Shown in pieces: positions 34,686-43,213 of a DNA stretch of 64,000 bases. The number at the start of each line of letters is the position of its first letter. Positions within the stretch are counted from its first letter, which is position 1. The notes beneath the pieces are model-generated. The model was not told where the DNA came from. It searched no databases and saw nothing but the letters and a program-made list of their open reading frames with translations. The translations under genes were made by a program, and so were the position numbers. Origin of the DNA: an uncultured Solibacteraceae bacterium (GTDB taxonomy: Bacteria > Acidobacteriota > Vicinamibacteria > Vicinamibacterales > SCN-69-37); the NCBI GenBank assembly GCA_964489685.1, contig CAZAZR010000003.1, positions 2,536 through 66,535 on the forward strand, given 5' to 3'.

Positions 34686-35795
34686 CTAGCCTTTGAGCCA
34701 CGGATCGACGAGCGCCTTGGGAATGGCCATCGACGCGGCCACCTCAAGCGCGTCGTTGATCTGTCCGAGCCCGTACGTCCTGGCGCCAATCAAATGCCAC
34801 GGAATCTCGAGGTGGTAGCGCTCAAGGACCTGTAACGCCCGCAGGAAGTGGCCCACCTCGCTGCCCCAGCAGCCGCGGATGTCCAGATGTTTCCGATTGA
34901 TGTGTTCGTGCGCGTTGATGGTGCTGTCGCCCGTGTTGGTGTAGTGGCCGGCGATCACGTAAGCGCCACCGTTGCGTGCCATTCGCAGGCCCTCCTCGAA
35001 CGCCCGGGCGGATCCGGCGGCTTCAATCACGACATCGGCCCCACGGCCGCCGGTGAGCGCGAGCACTTCTTCGAGCCGCGCCTCGGGTGTCGTCAAGTCG
35101 ATGTTGATGACGACATCGGCGCCCATCTGGCGCGAAAGGTCAAGGCGGCTCTGCGGCGCGCCAATCACGATGACCTTGCCCGCGCCGGCCTTGCGGGCCA
35201 GCGCGGCGGCGCTCATGCCGACCGCGCCCGCACCCTGCACGACTACGGTGTCGCCCAGGACAATCTGCGAGCGCTCGATGATGTGCACCGCCGTCAGCAG
35301 GCCGCAGCCACCGCCGATGTACGACTCGAATGACACGCCGTCGGGCAGCTTCGCGACCACCACGCCCGGTTCGAGGTAGACCTTCTGCGCCCAGCCGCCA
35401 AACAGCCCTTCGGTTGCCGAGTCGGTGATGCCGTAAACGCGGCGCGAGGGACACCGGGTCGGCGTCCGATGCGCGGTGCAGGCGAGGCAGCGGCCGCACG
35501 TGCGGTGCACGTCGAAAAACGCCAGTCTGTCGCCCTCATTCAATTGATGCCCCTCGGCGTCGGTGAGCGTGCCCCTGACCCTGTCGAGGGTGCCGGTGGT
35601 CACATGGCCGGGAATAATCGGGTACGGCACTCCGGCCAATCGGCCATGCCACAGGTGCACGTCTGTGCCGCAGACTTCCGACATCGCGGTGCGCAGCATC
35701 GCGCCGCCGAGGGGCAACTCCGGTTCAGTGAATTCACGAATTTCAACCGGCACACGCGGAGCCGGCATGACGGCGGCAAGTACAGTACGTGGCAT
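34686..35795 (-). CDS. Zinc-dependent medium-chain dehydrogenase/reductase (ADH family)
   Basis: 369 aa. Motifs EVCGTDVHLWHG, a structural-zinc Cys cluster CGRCLACTAHRTPTRC, and the Rossmann motif VVQGAGAVG. Confidence 0.85.
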   Translation of the reverse strand: MPRTVLAAVMPAPRVPVEIREFTEPELPLGGAMLRTAMSEVCGTDVHLWHGRLAGVPYPIIPGHVTTGTLDRVRGTLTDAEGHQLNEGDRLAFFDVHRTCGRCLACTAHRTPTRCPSRRVYGITDSATEGLFGGWAQKVYLEPGVVVAKLPDGVSFESYIGGGCGLLTAVHIIERSQIVLGDTVVVQGAGAVGMSAAALARKAGAGKVIVIGAPQSRLDLSRQMGADVVINIDLTTPEARLEEVLALTGGRGADVVIEAAGSARAFEEGLRMARNGGAYVIAGHYTNTGDSTINAHEHINRKHLDIRGCWGSEVGHFLRALQVLERYHLEIPWHLIGARTYGLGQINDALEVAASMAIPKALVDPWLKG

Positions 35796-35830
35796 CTGGG
35801 TACGATATCCTCGCCGAAGAGCTTACCCTG

Positions 35831-37171
35831 ATGACGTTGCCCGCCACCATGGTGGAGGCCGCGGCTGCGCTGCGCGCCGGCCGCCTCACCGCCACCACCC
35901 TCGTCGAACGCAGCCTTGACGCGATCGCCCGCCACAATGCGGCCACACACGCGTTCATTCGCGTCGACGCGGAGGGCGCGTTCGCGGCCGCGCGAGTGGC
36001 AGACCGGGAACGCGCCGACGGCATCGACCGCGGGCCGCTGCACGGCCTCCCCATCTCGCTCAAAGACCTCATCGATGTGTCGGGCCAGCCGACGACCGCG
36101 GGCTCGCGGGTGTTCGCCGATCGTGTGGCCACGGCGGACGCGCCCGTCACCGCACGCTTGCGGCAGGCCGGTGCGGTGCTGCTCGGGAAAACCAACCTGC
36201 ACGAATTCGCCCTCGGTACCACGAGTGAAGACTCGGCCTTCGGCCCTGTCCTCCATCCGGCAGACCACACACGGTCGGCCGGCGGCTCAAGCGGCGGATC
36301 GGCGGTGGCGGTGTCCACCGGCATGGGCCTGGCCTCGGTCGGCACCGACACGGGCGGCTCCATCAGAATTCCTGCCGCCGTGTGTGGTGTGGTCGGACTC
36401 AAACCATCGCGGGGCGATGTCCCCGTGGACGGCATCGTGCCTCTGAGCGCGACCTTCGATCATGTGGGCCCGCTGGCACGGTCGGTGCAAGACGCCGCGT
36501 GGTTGTGGTCGGTGCTCGCTGCCCGCCCGATTCACACCGTGCATTTCGCGGACGTCAAGGGCCTCAGACTCGGACGTCTCGGCGGCTATTTCGCGCAGCC
36601 CGTTGACCGGCTGGTCACTGCGGCGTTTGACCACGCGTGCGACCGCCTGCGTTCGGCCGGAGCACACATCACGAACGTGACGGTGGACTCGACATCGTCC
36701 ATCACCGACGCGTACGTGAACATCGTGTTGCCCGAAGGCGCGGCATGGCACGCGCCATGGCTCGACAGCCGACGTGACGATTATTCGCCCACGGTGTTGG
36801 GTCGCCTGATGAGCGGAAGACACCTCTCGGCCGTGGACTACCTCCGGGCTCGCGAGACCTGCGAGGTGCTTCGGCGGGAAGTGGACGCGCTGCTTTCGCA
36901 CGTGGATGCCCTGATTCTGCCAACGCTGCCGATCGTGGCTCCCGTCAGCGGCCAGGCCGACGTCACGATTGACGGCACCGGGATGCCTGTCCGCATGGCG
37001 ATGCTCAAACACACGCAGTTGTTCAACATGACGGGGCACCCGGCGATCAGCCTCCCGCTTGAAACCACTGGTTTGCCCGCCGGCCTTCAACTGGTCGGTC
37101 GATTCGGGGCCACTTCCCGGCTGCTCGACATGGCGGCCGCCTGCGAGACTGTATGCCCGTACCGCCGTTGA
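35831..37171 (+). CDS. Amidase-signature family enzyme (GatA-like amidase)
   Basis: Trimmed to ATG 35831 (MTLPATMVEAAAALRAG...). Amidase signature GGSSGGSAVAVSTGMGLASVGTDTGGSIRIPAA and LHGLPISLKD (catalytic Lys). Confidence 0.85.
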   Translation: MTLPATMVEAAAALRAGRLTATTLVERSLDAIARHNAATHAFIRVDAEGAFAAARVADRERADGIDRGPLHGLPISLKDLIDVSGQPTTAGSRVFADRVATADAPVTARLRQAGAVLLGKTNLHEFALGTTSEDSAFGPVLHPADHTRSAGGSSGGSAVAVSTGMGLASVGTDTGGSIRIPAAVCGVVGLKPSRGDVPVDGIVPLSATFDHVGPLARSVQDAAWLWSVLAARPIHTVHFADVKGLRLGRLGGYFAQPVDRLVTAAFDHACDRLRSAGAHITNVTVDSTSSITDAYVNIVLPEGAAWHAPWLDSRRDDYSPTVLGRLMSGRHLSAVDYLRARETCEVLRREVDALLSHVDALILPTLPIVAPVSGQADVTIDGTGMPVRMAMLKHTQLFNMTGHPAISLPLETTGLPAGLQLVGRFGATSRLLDMAAACETVCPYRR

Positions 37172-37560
37172 CCGTGACCGCCGCCGTCGCCGCTCAGCGC
37201 GATGGCGCGCAGTACATCGACGTCCGATCGAGTGCGGAGTACACACAAGGCCATCCGGCCGGCGCGATCAACGTTCCCCTGCTCGAAGGCGACGAGGACA
37301 CAGGCCAGGTGCTTCCCAACCCCGACTTCGTGCGTGTCATGAAGGCCAACTTCGCACCGGACACACGGATGCTGATCGGCTGCGAGACGGGTGGACGCTC
37401 GGGTCGGGCCGTACAGATGCTGGAGGTCTTCGGCTTTCTCAGCGCCGCCAACGTACTCGGAGGTTTTTCCGGCTGGCGGGCTGCGGGCCTTGCGGTCGAA
37501 ACGTCAACGCCCGAGGGTAGCGCGTACGCGGACCTGCTCGGCAAGGCGGACGATTGCTAG
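37153..37560 (+). CDS. Single-domain rhodanese-like sulfurtransferase
   Basis: 135 aa. YIDVRSSAEYTQGHPAGAINVP and the active-site loop CETGGRSGRA. The alternative TTG start at 37168 would give a TTGA overlap with the amidase stop. Confidence 0.8.
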   Translation: MPVPPLTVTAAVAAQRDGAQYIDVRSSAEYTQGHPAGAINVPLLEGDEDTGQVLPNPDFVRVMKANFAPDTRMLIGCETGGRSGRAVQMLEVFGFLSAANVLGGFSGWRAAGLAVETSTPEGSAYADLLGKADDC

Positions 37561-37769
37561 AGATACTTGAAGAGGCCCTTCAGCGCTTCGGCGATGACCG
37601 AGCCCAGAGCCTGCATCGCCGGCCCGACATCACCGTCCGACATCTTGGACACAGCGTCGGCGACGGTCACAGGCGCGGTGAGGAGGAGCCACACGGTGGC
37701 CGCCGCCATCGTGGCCGCGACAAGCCCGACGATCGCAACCAGGCTCACGCTCCAACGCCCAAGGGACAT
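37557..37769 (-). CDS. Small hypothetical membrane protein (70 aa)
   Basis: One clear hydrophobic span VSLVAIVGLVAATMAAATVWLLL. Third-position G/C bias matches the neighbouring genes. Starts 6 nt downstream of the MDR gene stop on the same strand. No recognisable family. Confidence 0.4.
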   Translation of the reverse strand: MSLGRWSVSLVAIVGLVAATMAAATVWLLLTAPVTVADAVSKMSDGDVGPAMQALGSVIAEALKGLFKYL

Positions 37770-37775
37770 CGCCCG

Positions 37776-38807
37776 TTAGTCTACAACGAGCACGATCTTG
37801 CCGAATTGGTTCCCGGCTTCAAGCCGCCGCTGAGCCTCGGCGGCCTCGCGCAGTGGGTATGTCGAATCGATGACCGGCGAGTATCGCCCCTGGAAGAACC
37901 CCTCGGAGGCGGCCAGCAGTTCAGCCTTCGATCCCATGTAGGACCCCACAAACGTCAACTGCCGCGTGAACAGGTGCCTCAGGTCGAGCGAGACTTCGAA
38001 CCCGGTCGTGGCGCCGCAGGTCACCAGGCGGCCCCCCCTGGCGAGGGACCGGACGCTCTGGTTCCATGTCGCCGCTCCCACATGTTCGATCACGACATTC
38101 ACCCCGCGGCCCTCTGTCACCGCCTTGACGCGCCTGGGCACGTCCTCGCGAGTGGAGTCGATGACATAGTCGGCCCCGAGGTCCACGGCGCGGGCACACT
38201 TATCCTCGCCCCGCGCAGTCGCAATCACTCGAGCCCCTGCGGTTTTTGCAATCTGGATGGCCGCCTGGCCCACGCCACTGCCTGCCGCCACGACAAGCAC
38301 GGCATCACCTGACATCAGTCGGCCGCCGGCGAACAACATGTGCCACGCGGTCAGAAACGTCAGCGGAAACCCGGCAGCGCTAACGAAGCCAAGACTGTCC
38401 GGAATCGGAATGACATTTGCCGCGGGAACGACCAGCATCTCCGCGTACCCGCCTTCAGACTGGAAGCCCAGCACGTCATAGCGGTCGCATAGATGATCGC
38501 GATCGGCGAGGCACGCGCTGCACTGGCCACAACTCAGCCCCGGTTGCAGCATGACCCGCTGCCCTGGCCCAACGCCAGCCACGCCCTCGCCCACCTCGAC
38601 GATGGTCCCGGCGACATCAGCACCGGAAATATGCGGGAGCGGAAGGGTCACGCGATCGAGACCGCCCCGTTGCCACAGATCCAGGCGATTCAGCGCGCAG
38701 GCCGCGACGCGCACCAGGACCTGGCCGGGACGCACGACGGGGGCCGGTGCATCTTCGTACTGCAACACCTCAGGGCCGCCGTGGGTGTGAAACCTGACCG
38801 CCTTCAT
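37776..38807 (-). CDS. Zinc-binding dehydrogenase / quinone-oxidoreductase-like MDR
   Basis: 343 aa. MKAVRFHTHGGPEVLQYEDAPAPVVRPGQVLVRV, a Cys cluster CGQCSACLADRDHLC, and the Rossmann motif VVAAGSGVG. Confidence 0.85.
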   Translation of the reverse strand: MKAVRFHTHGGPEVLQYEDAPAPVVRPGQVLVRVAACALNRLDLWQRGGLDRVTLPLPHISGADVAGTIVEVGEGVAGVGPGQRVMLQPGLSCGQCSACLADRDHLCDRYDVLGFQSEGGYAEMLVVPAANVIPIPDSLGFVSAAGFPLTFLTAWHMLFAGGRLMSGDAVLVVAAGSGVGQAAIQIAKTAGARVIATARGEDKCARAVDLGADYVIDSTREDVPRRVKAVTEGRGVNVVIEHVGAATWNQSVRSLARGGRLVTCGATTGFEVSLDLRHLFTRQLTFVGSYMGSKAELLAASEGFFQGRYSPVIDSTYPLREAAEAQRRLEAGNQFGKIVLVVD

Positions 38808-38876
38808 TCGTGACTACAATCTACTATCTTCCCGCCGCAGACTTCCTCTCGTCGTGTCTGGGAGCCGAACCGACCT

Positions 38877-40544
38877 ATGAATCGTGGCGTAGCTCCCTTC
38901 TTTCTCGTCCTGGCCGCCCTGGCCTGCGCGCCCGTCTGGGCGGTCGACTATTTCATCACGCAAGACGGCCCCGCCCACGCGTACAGCGCATCGTTGATGC
39001 TCAGACTGCTGGGTGGCGACACGTCAGCGGCACAGTTGTTTGCCCTCAATCCCTGGACGGTCTCCAACTCGATCGGGCACTGGCTCCTGGTGCTCTTGCT
39101 CACGGCGGTCTCACCGTTCACCGCCACCAAGATCATGGTCACGCTCACGTATGCCGGGGTGGTGGGGGCCGTGGGATTCCTGCGACTCGCGACCGTCGGC
39201 CGTGACGGCCTTCTGACCAGCCTCCTGTTCGGAGCCGCCATTGGATTCAACTGGCTCTGGCTGGGCGGACTCTACAATTTCCTGATCGGCGCCATTGGCC
39301 TGGCGGTGACGCTTGGCCTCTTCTGCCGCTGGCAAGCTCAACTCAGCGCTGTGCGGGTCCTTGGCCTGGCTGCCCTGATCCTCCTGGTCTACGTCAGCCA
39401 CATCGTTACATTCGGTGTCCTGGTGGCGGCGCTGATGCTGGTGGCGGTGCTCAGCGAACCGCGCGCACGACGACACACCTGTCCTAGGGTGCTCGTGGCG
39501 CTCTTGCCGGTCGTCCTCCTGGCACTGCTCTACGGGTCAGCCGAGCCCGCGCTCGGTGGCGAACGCCTGTTCCCGGTCTGGAGGCGCCTGTCCGATCCCT
39601 GGTCGATCGTCAGTTGGGCCTCTCACATCCGCACGGCGGATCCGTTCTTCCTTCTGAGTCGCAAAGCGTTCCCCTTCTCGACCGCCACATCCAGCGCGTT
39701 CGCGGTATTCACGCCGCTGCTGTGGTTGCTGGTTGCGGCCGCGGCGCTCGCATGGACCACGGTGTCGCGGCACACGGCTGGCGCGACACACGCAGCGGCG
39801 CGACAACGCCTTCCGCTGGTCGCGGTATTCGCCGCATGCGCCCTGGCAGCCGCGTTTGGGCCGGATGACTTCGGAACCAGCCATGGCACGCTGTTGCGCG
39901 AGAGACTCGCATTCCTCGCCGCCGTGCTCTTCGTGCCGCTCTATCGAACCGATGTCGGCACGAGGGCGACTCGCACGTTGGCACATGTGTGTCTGGGGGG
40001 AATCATCCTGTTTCAGTCGGCAGCCCTTTGGGAGTACGCGCGCCATACCAGTCGCGAGGCGGGCGAGTTCCTCGCCATCGGAGACGCGCTCGGGGGGCAG
40101 GCATCGCTGGCGTCGGTGATCGTGCTGGAGAATGGCATGAGGTTTCACTCAAATCCGACGGCTGAGCTCAGCAATTTTCTTGGCATCGGTCGCCGCACCG
40201 TGGTCTGGGACAACTATCAGATCGGCTACACCCTGTTTCCGGTCGTGGCACAAGAGCCGGCGCACCGACGTTTCGTGTTCGACCTCACGAGTGTCAACGT
40301 ACTCGACGAAGCCGAGCCGACAGCCGTCTGGGATGCCAAGGTGGCCAGGCTCGCCGCGTTTTTCGCGGCCAATCATTTGAAGATTGAGACCATCCTGGTC
40401 TGGCGCCGTCACCCGCAGGTGGAAGCGGTGCTGGGACGATGGTACGAAGTCGAACCATTCTCCGAGCACGGACGCGGCCGGCTGTATCGCAGGCGGCCGG
40501 AGACGGCCGCTACCTGGCGTGCCCCGAACCCCGGCGCACGGTAA
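38877..40544 (+). CDS. Polytopic membrane protein with C-terminal soluble domain, possibly GT-C-like; function unknown
   Basis: 555 aa, about 10 hydrophobic spans in the first ~390 aa. The first loop, right after TM1, reads YFITQDGPAHAYSA (an acidic residue as in GT-C enzymes; inference only). A soluble tail of about 150 aa follows. Confidence 0.55.
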   Translation: MNRGVAPFFLVLAALACAPVWAVDYFITQDGPAHAYSASLMLRLLGGDTSAAQLFALNPWTVSNSIGHWLLVLLLTAVSPFTATKIMVTLTYAGVVGAVGFLRLATVGRDGLLTSLLFGAAIGFNWLWLGGLYNFLIGAIGLAVTLGLFCRWQAQLSAVRVLGLAALILLVYVSHIVTFGVLVAALMLVAVLSEPRARRHTCPRVLVALLPVVLLALLYGSAEPALGGERLFPVWRRLSDPWSIVSWASHIRTADPFFLLSRKAFPFSTATSSAFAVFTPLLWLLVAAAALAWTTVSRHTAGATHAAARQRLPLVAVFAACALAAAFGPDDFGTSHGTLLRERLAFLAAVLFVPLYRTDVGTRATRTLAHVCLGGIILFQSAALWEYARHTSREAGEFLAIGDALGGQASLASVIVLENGMRFHSNPTAELSNFLGIGRRTVVWDNYQIGYTLFPVVAQEPAHRRFVFDLTSVNVLDEAEPTAVWDAKVARLAAFFAANHLKIETILVWRRHPQVEAVLGRWYEVEPFSEHGRGRLYRRRPETAATWRAPNPGAR

Positions 40545-42144
40545 ACACGCGGACCAGCGCCAGACCAAGAACCACCACGACCGCCACCCTGAACATCGTC
40601 GGCAGGAGCAGGCCGAACGATCCTTCCAGGTTGATGCTCACGAGGATCATCGAGAACAGAGCGGCGCGTTCGCCCACGGCAGCGGAGGTGGACGTCAGGA
40701 GCGCTGCGCCCAGCGTCCCGAGCACCACTCCGAACAGGGCCATGCCCAACGGCATGCCGAACGGACCGACATTCCGGATCAAGTCCACCGGCGGCGTCGT
40801 GGCGTATGAGTTCCCGTTATAGTGAAAGTAGAGCGCCGAGTACGCCCGGGCATCACTCACCTTGGGTTTGCCGGGCCATAACACGCGCGGCACAAACCCT
40901 GTCCAGGTCATCGTCCACATATTGGCGATGCCATACTGCGGCTCAAGCGCGCGTAGTGTCGGATAGCGGGCGATTGTGACCGAGGCATCGCTGAGAATAT
41001 TCAGCCGCTGACCCGCAAGGTCGAGCAGCCTCCTCACCGGGGTCGCAGTGGGATCACGAAACAATGTCGTCGCTGCCTGCGCGGCGACCTCGAGGTGGCG
41101 TTCCAACGAGGGAGGCGGAGGCGCGGCAGGCCGTGTGGCAGGAGGAGCTGCGGGCGTGACTGCTGCTGGGGGCATTGCTGGTGGGGGCGTGGCAGCTGCG
41201 GGCGGCGTCGCTGTCGGCTTCTTCGCAGCAGCCGCAGCGTCCCTCACCGCCGCTGCCGCCGATCCGGATTCACCGCCCCTGAGCTGTCTGAATAGCGATC
41301 CGTAGGTCATCCCGATGCCGAGAGCCACGAACGCGAGTGCCACGGCGACAATTCCCTGCACCAGTGTCAGGCGTCCCCGGGCGAACCTGAACGCCAGAGC
41401 GGCGTGCAGATACGACATCAGCAGCGCGCCCCGATTTCCCACAATCACCATCGAAGCCACAACCACCAGCAACGGCAGCACCAAGGCGACCCGCGAGGGG
41501 CGTTGTTGATCGGGCGCGAACCAGCGGAACCAGAACAGGAAGTGGCCCAGCGCCATAAGGAGACCTGCGTACGACACCGCCGCGTCAAGTGGACCAGGCG
41601 GGCGAGGCACGGCGAATCCAATGATGCCGGCGCGGAACGCCCCGTAGTTCGCCGCCATGCCAATCGCGATCAGGGCGACGATGGCCAACAGCGGAACCGT
41701 CCGGTCCTCTGGGGGCGCCGGCAGCAATCGCGCGAGGCGGGTGCCGAGGGCGCGCGCGCCCCGCCATTGAGAGCCCAGCCTCAGCGCCAGATATCCCAGG
41801 CCGATGTAGAAGAGCGCGAGTGCGCAGGCGGCCACCGGGTCGGCCACGATCGCCGCGTAGGGGTACCCGACGACACCCGTCGCCAGCAGGGCACCGCCAA
41901 CGACGAATGTCGGTGCGTAGTGGACCCAGCTCACAAATGTGAAGGGTTCAAACAAGTCGACCGTGCGAGGGCGACGAAACGTCCAGGCCACGACCAGGGC
42001 GAATGCCCCTACCCACGGGACGAGCGTTTGTGGGTGCACCGAGGCCACCACTTGAGTCGCGGTTCCGGACGCGAGCGTGAGCAGCACGAGCGCAAGTACC
42101 GTCGCCCTATGGGATCCGACTGAGTCTTCCAGGGCTGAAGTCAT
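40510..42144 (-). CDS. Polytopic membrane protein, candidate oligosaccharide repeat-unit polymerase (Wzy-like), with internal Ala/Pro-rich linker
   Basis: 544 aa with many hydrophobic spans. It has a large loop containing AAAAVRDAAAAAKKPTATPPAAATPPPAMPPAAVTPAAPPATRPAAPPPP. Located in the glycan locus 16 nt downstream of the tailoring module. The polymerase call rests on context only. Confidence 0.5.
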   Translation of the reverse strand: MTSALEDSVGSHRATVLALVLLTLASGTATQVVASVHPQTLVPWVGAFALVVAWTFRRPRTVDLFEPFTFVSWVHYAPTFVVGGALLATGVVGYPYAAIVADPVAACALALFYIGLGYLALRLGSQWRGARALGTRLARLLPAPPEDRTVPLLAIVALIAIGMAANYGAFRAGIIGFAVPRPPGPLDAAVSYAGLLMALGHFLFWFRWFAPDQQRPSRVALVLPLLVVVASMVIVGNRGALLMSYLHAALAFRFARGRLTLVQGIVAVALAFVALGIGMTYGSLFRQLRGGESGSAAAAVRDAAAAAKKPTATPPAAATPPPAMPPAAVTPAAPPATRPAAPPPPSLERHLEVAAQAATTLFRDPTATPVRRLLDLAGQRLNILSDASVTIARYPTLRALEPQYGIANMWTMTWTGFVPRVLWPGKPKVSDARAYSALYFHYNGNSYATTPPVDLIRNVGPFGMPLGMALFGVVLGTLGAALLTSTSAAVGERAALFSMILVSINLEGSFGLLLPTMFRVAVVVVLGLALVRVFTVRRGSGHAR

Positions 42145-42160
42145 GTTTTCACTTTGAAGC

Positions 42161-43213
42161 CTACGCGTTCGGAGGCTGCAGATTCGTCCTTCGGATACGG
42201 AACGTCTCGTTATCCTCTTTGACGCCGACGACCGAGAAGTACAGATTCTCGGTGCTCATGGTGGCGTACGGGAAGTGGATGGTGCCGAACTGGAACAAGG
42301 TTCCATGCCAGGGGTCTTTCTGAAACCTCGCGATCTCGACGCACTCGCCGTCCGCCGAGACGGTCCAGATCGCGGCGACCCGCGCCTTCCGGGCGGAGCC
42401 ATTTTCAGCCGATGTCGTGAAGAACAGTTCCTTGCCGATTTGTTTCGAGTAGTACACGGTTCCGCTCACCTCAGCCAGGCTCGTGCGAGCGCCCGTGCTG
42501 CGATCCATCCGGTAGAAGTGATTCGCGCGAAACTCGGCGTCCATTCCGTAAGACATCGCGGCTTCGTCAAACAGCATACTGACCGCCCGCCACGTTTCGT
42601 CGCCTTCGCCAACAGTGTGCATAGTGCGAAATCCGTCGTCAGTGCGCAACATCCGGCACTCCCTGTCGTCGTCACCCGTCAGGCACAGAAGTGCCGAGGC
42701 AAACCTGTCGAAGTACACTCCGTGAATGTGCCGGACCGAGCCTGGTGGAAAGGTGTAGGCGACCTCCAGAGAGCCCGCGCCTGGGCGGTAGCGGTACACC
42801 CGTATCTCGCCGCGGGCGTCGTTCATCACGTACTCACCGAAGTACAGGTCGCCGTGGTTGTCGATGGCACACGCCGAGCGCAGCACTCGGCACGGGCGGC
42901 GCAATCCTGGCAGATCGACATACTTGCCGTCCCGGACAACGCCCACGGATCGGTCGAACGTCACAAACAACTCGCCGCTTGCGAGCGGAATCACATTGGT
43001 GACCATGAACCGGAGCAGTCGTTGGGCAAGCCGGATGCCAGACACCGCCCGCTTCCATGCCGGCGCAGCAATGACGGCGACTCTGGTGAACGGGGGTGTG
43101 AGATCCGTCGAATGAAAGAGGACATTTCGGCGCGACAGAAAGTAGCTGCCGTCGCCGGCCCACTCGACCGTATATCCCTGAAGTTCAGGGACTCGTTCGG
43201 TCGTCCAGTTCAT
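42161..43213 (-). CDS. Hypothetical protein (possibly beta-propeller-like), function unknown
   Basis: Trimmed to ATG 43213 (MNWTTERVPELQGY...), 350 aa. ATGA overlap with the carbamoyltransferase stop. No signal peptide or catalytic motif recognised. Repeated strand-like segments (GDLYFGEYV, GVYFDRF, TVYYSKQIGKELFFTT, NLYFSVVGV). Confidence 0.6.
   Translation of the reverse strand: MNWTTERVPELQGYTVEWAGDGSYFLSRRNVLFHSTDLTPPFTRVAVIAAPAWKRAVSGIRLAQRLLRFMVTNVIPLASGELFVTFDRSVGVVRDGKYVDLPGLRRPCRVLRSACAIDNHGDLYFGEYVMNDARGEIRVYRYRPGAGSLEVAYTFPPGSVRHIHGVYFDRFASALLCLTGDDDRECRMLRTDDGFRTMHTVGEGDETWRAVSMLFDEAAMSYGMDAEFRANHFYRMDRSTGARTSLAEVSGTVYYSKQIGKELFFTTSAENGSARKARVAAIWTVSADGECVEIARFQKDPWHGTLFQFGTIHFPYATMSTENLYFSVVGVKEDNETFRIRRTNLQPPNA

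Noticed and set aside
41100-41270. GC-rich, repetitive-looking DNA (gcngcngg / ccnccn periodicity)
   Set aside because: It is not a CRISPR or tandem DNA repeat. It is the coding sequence of a Pro/Ala-rich low-complexity linker inside the 40510..42144 membrane protein, with no regular unit length or spacers.
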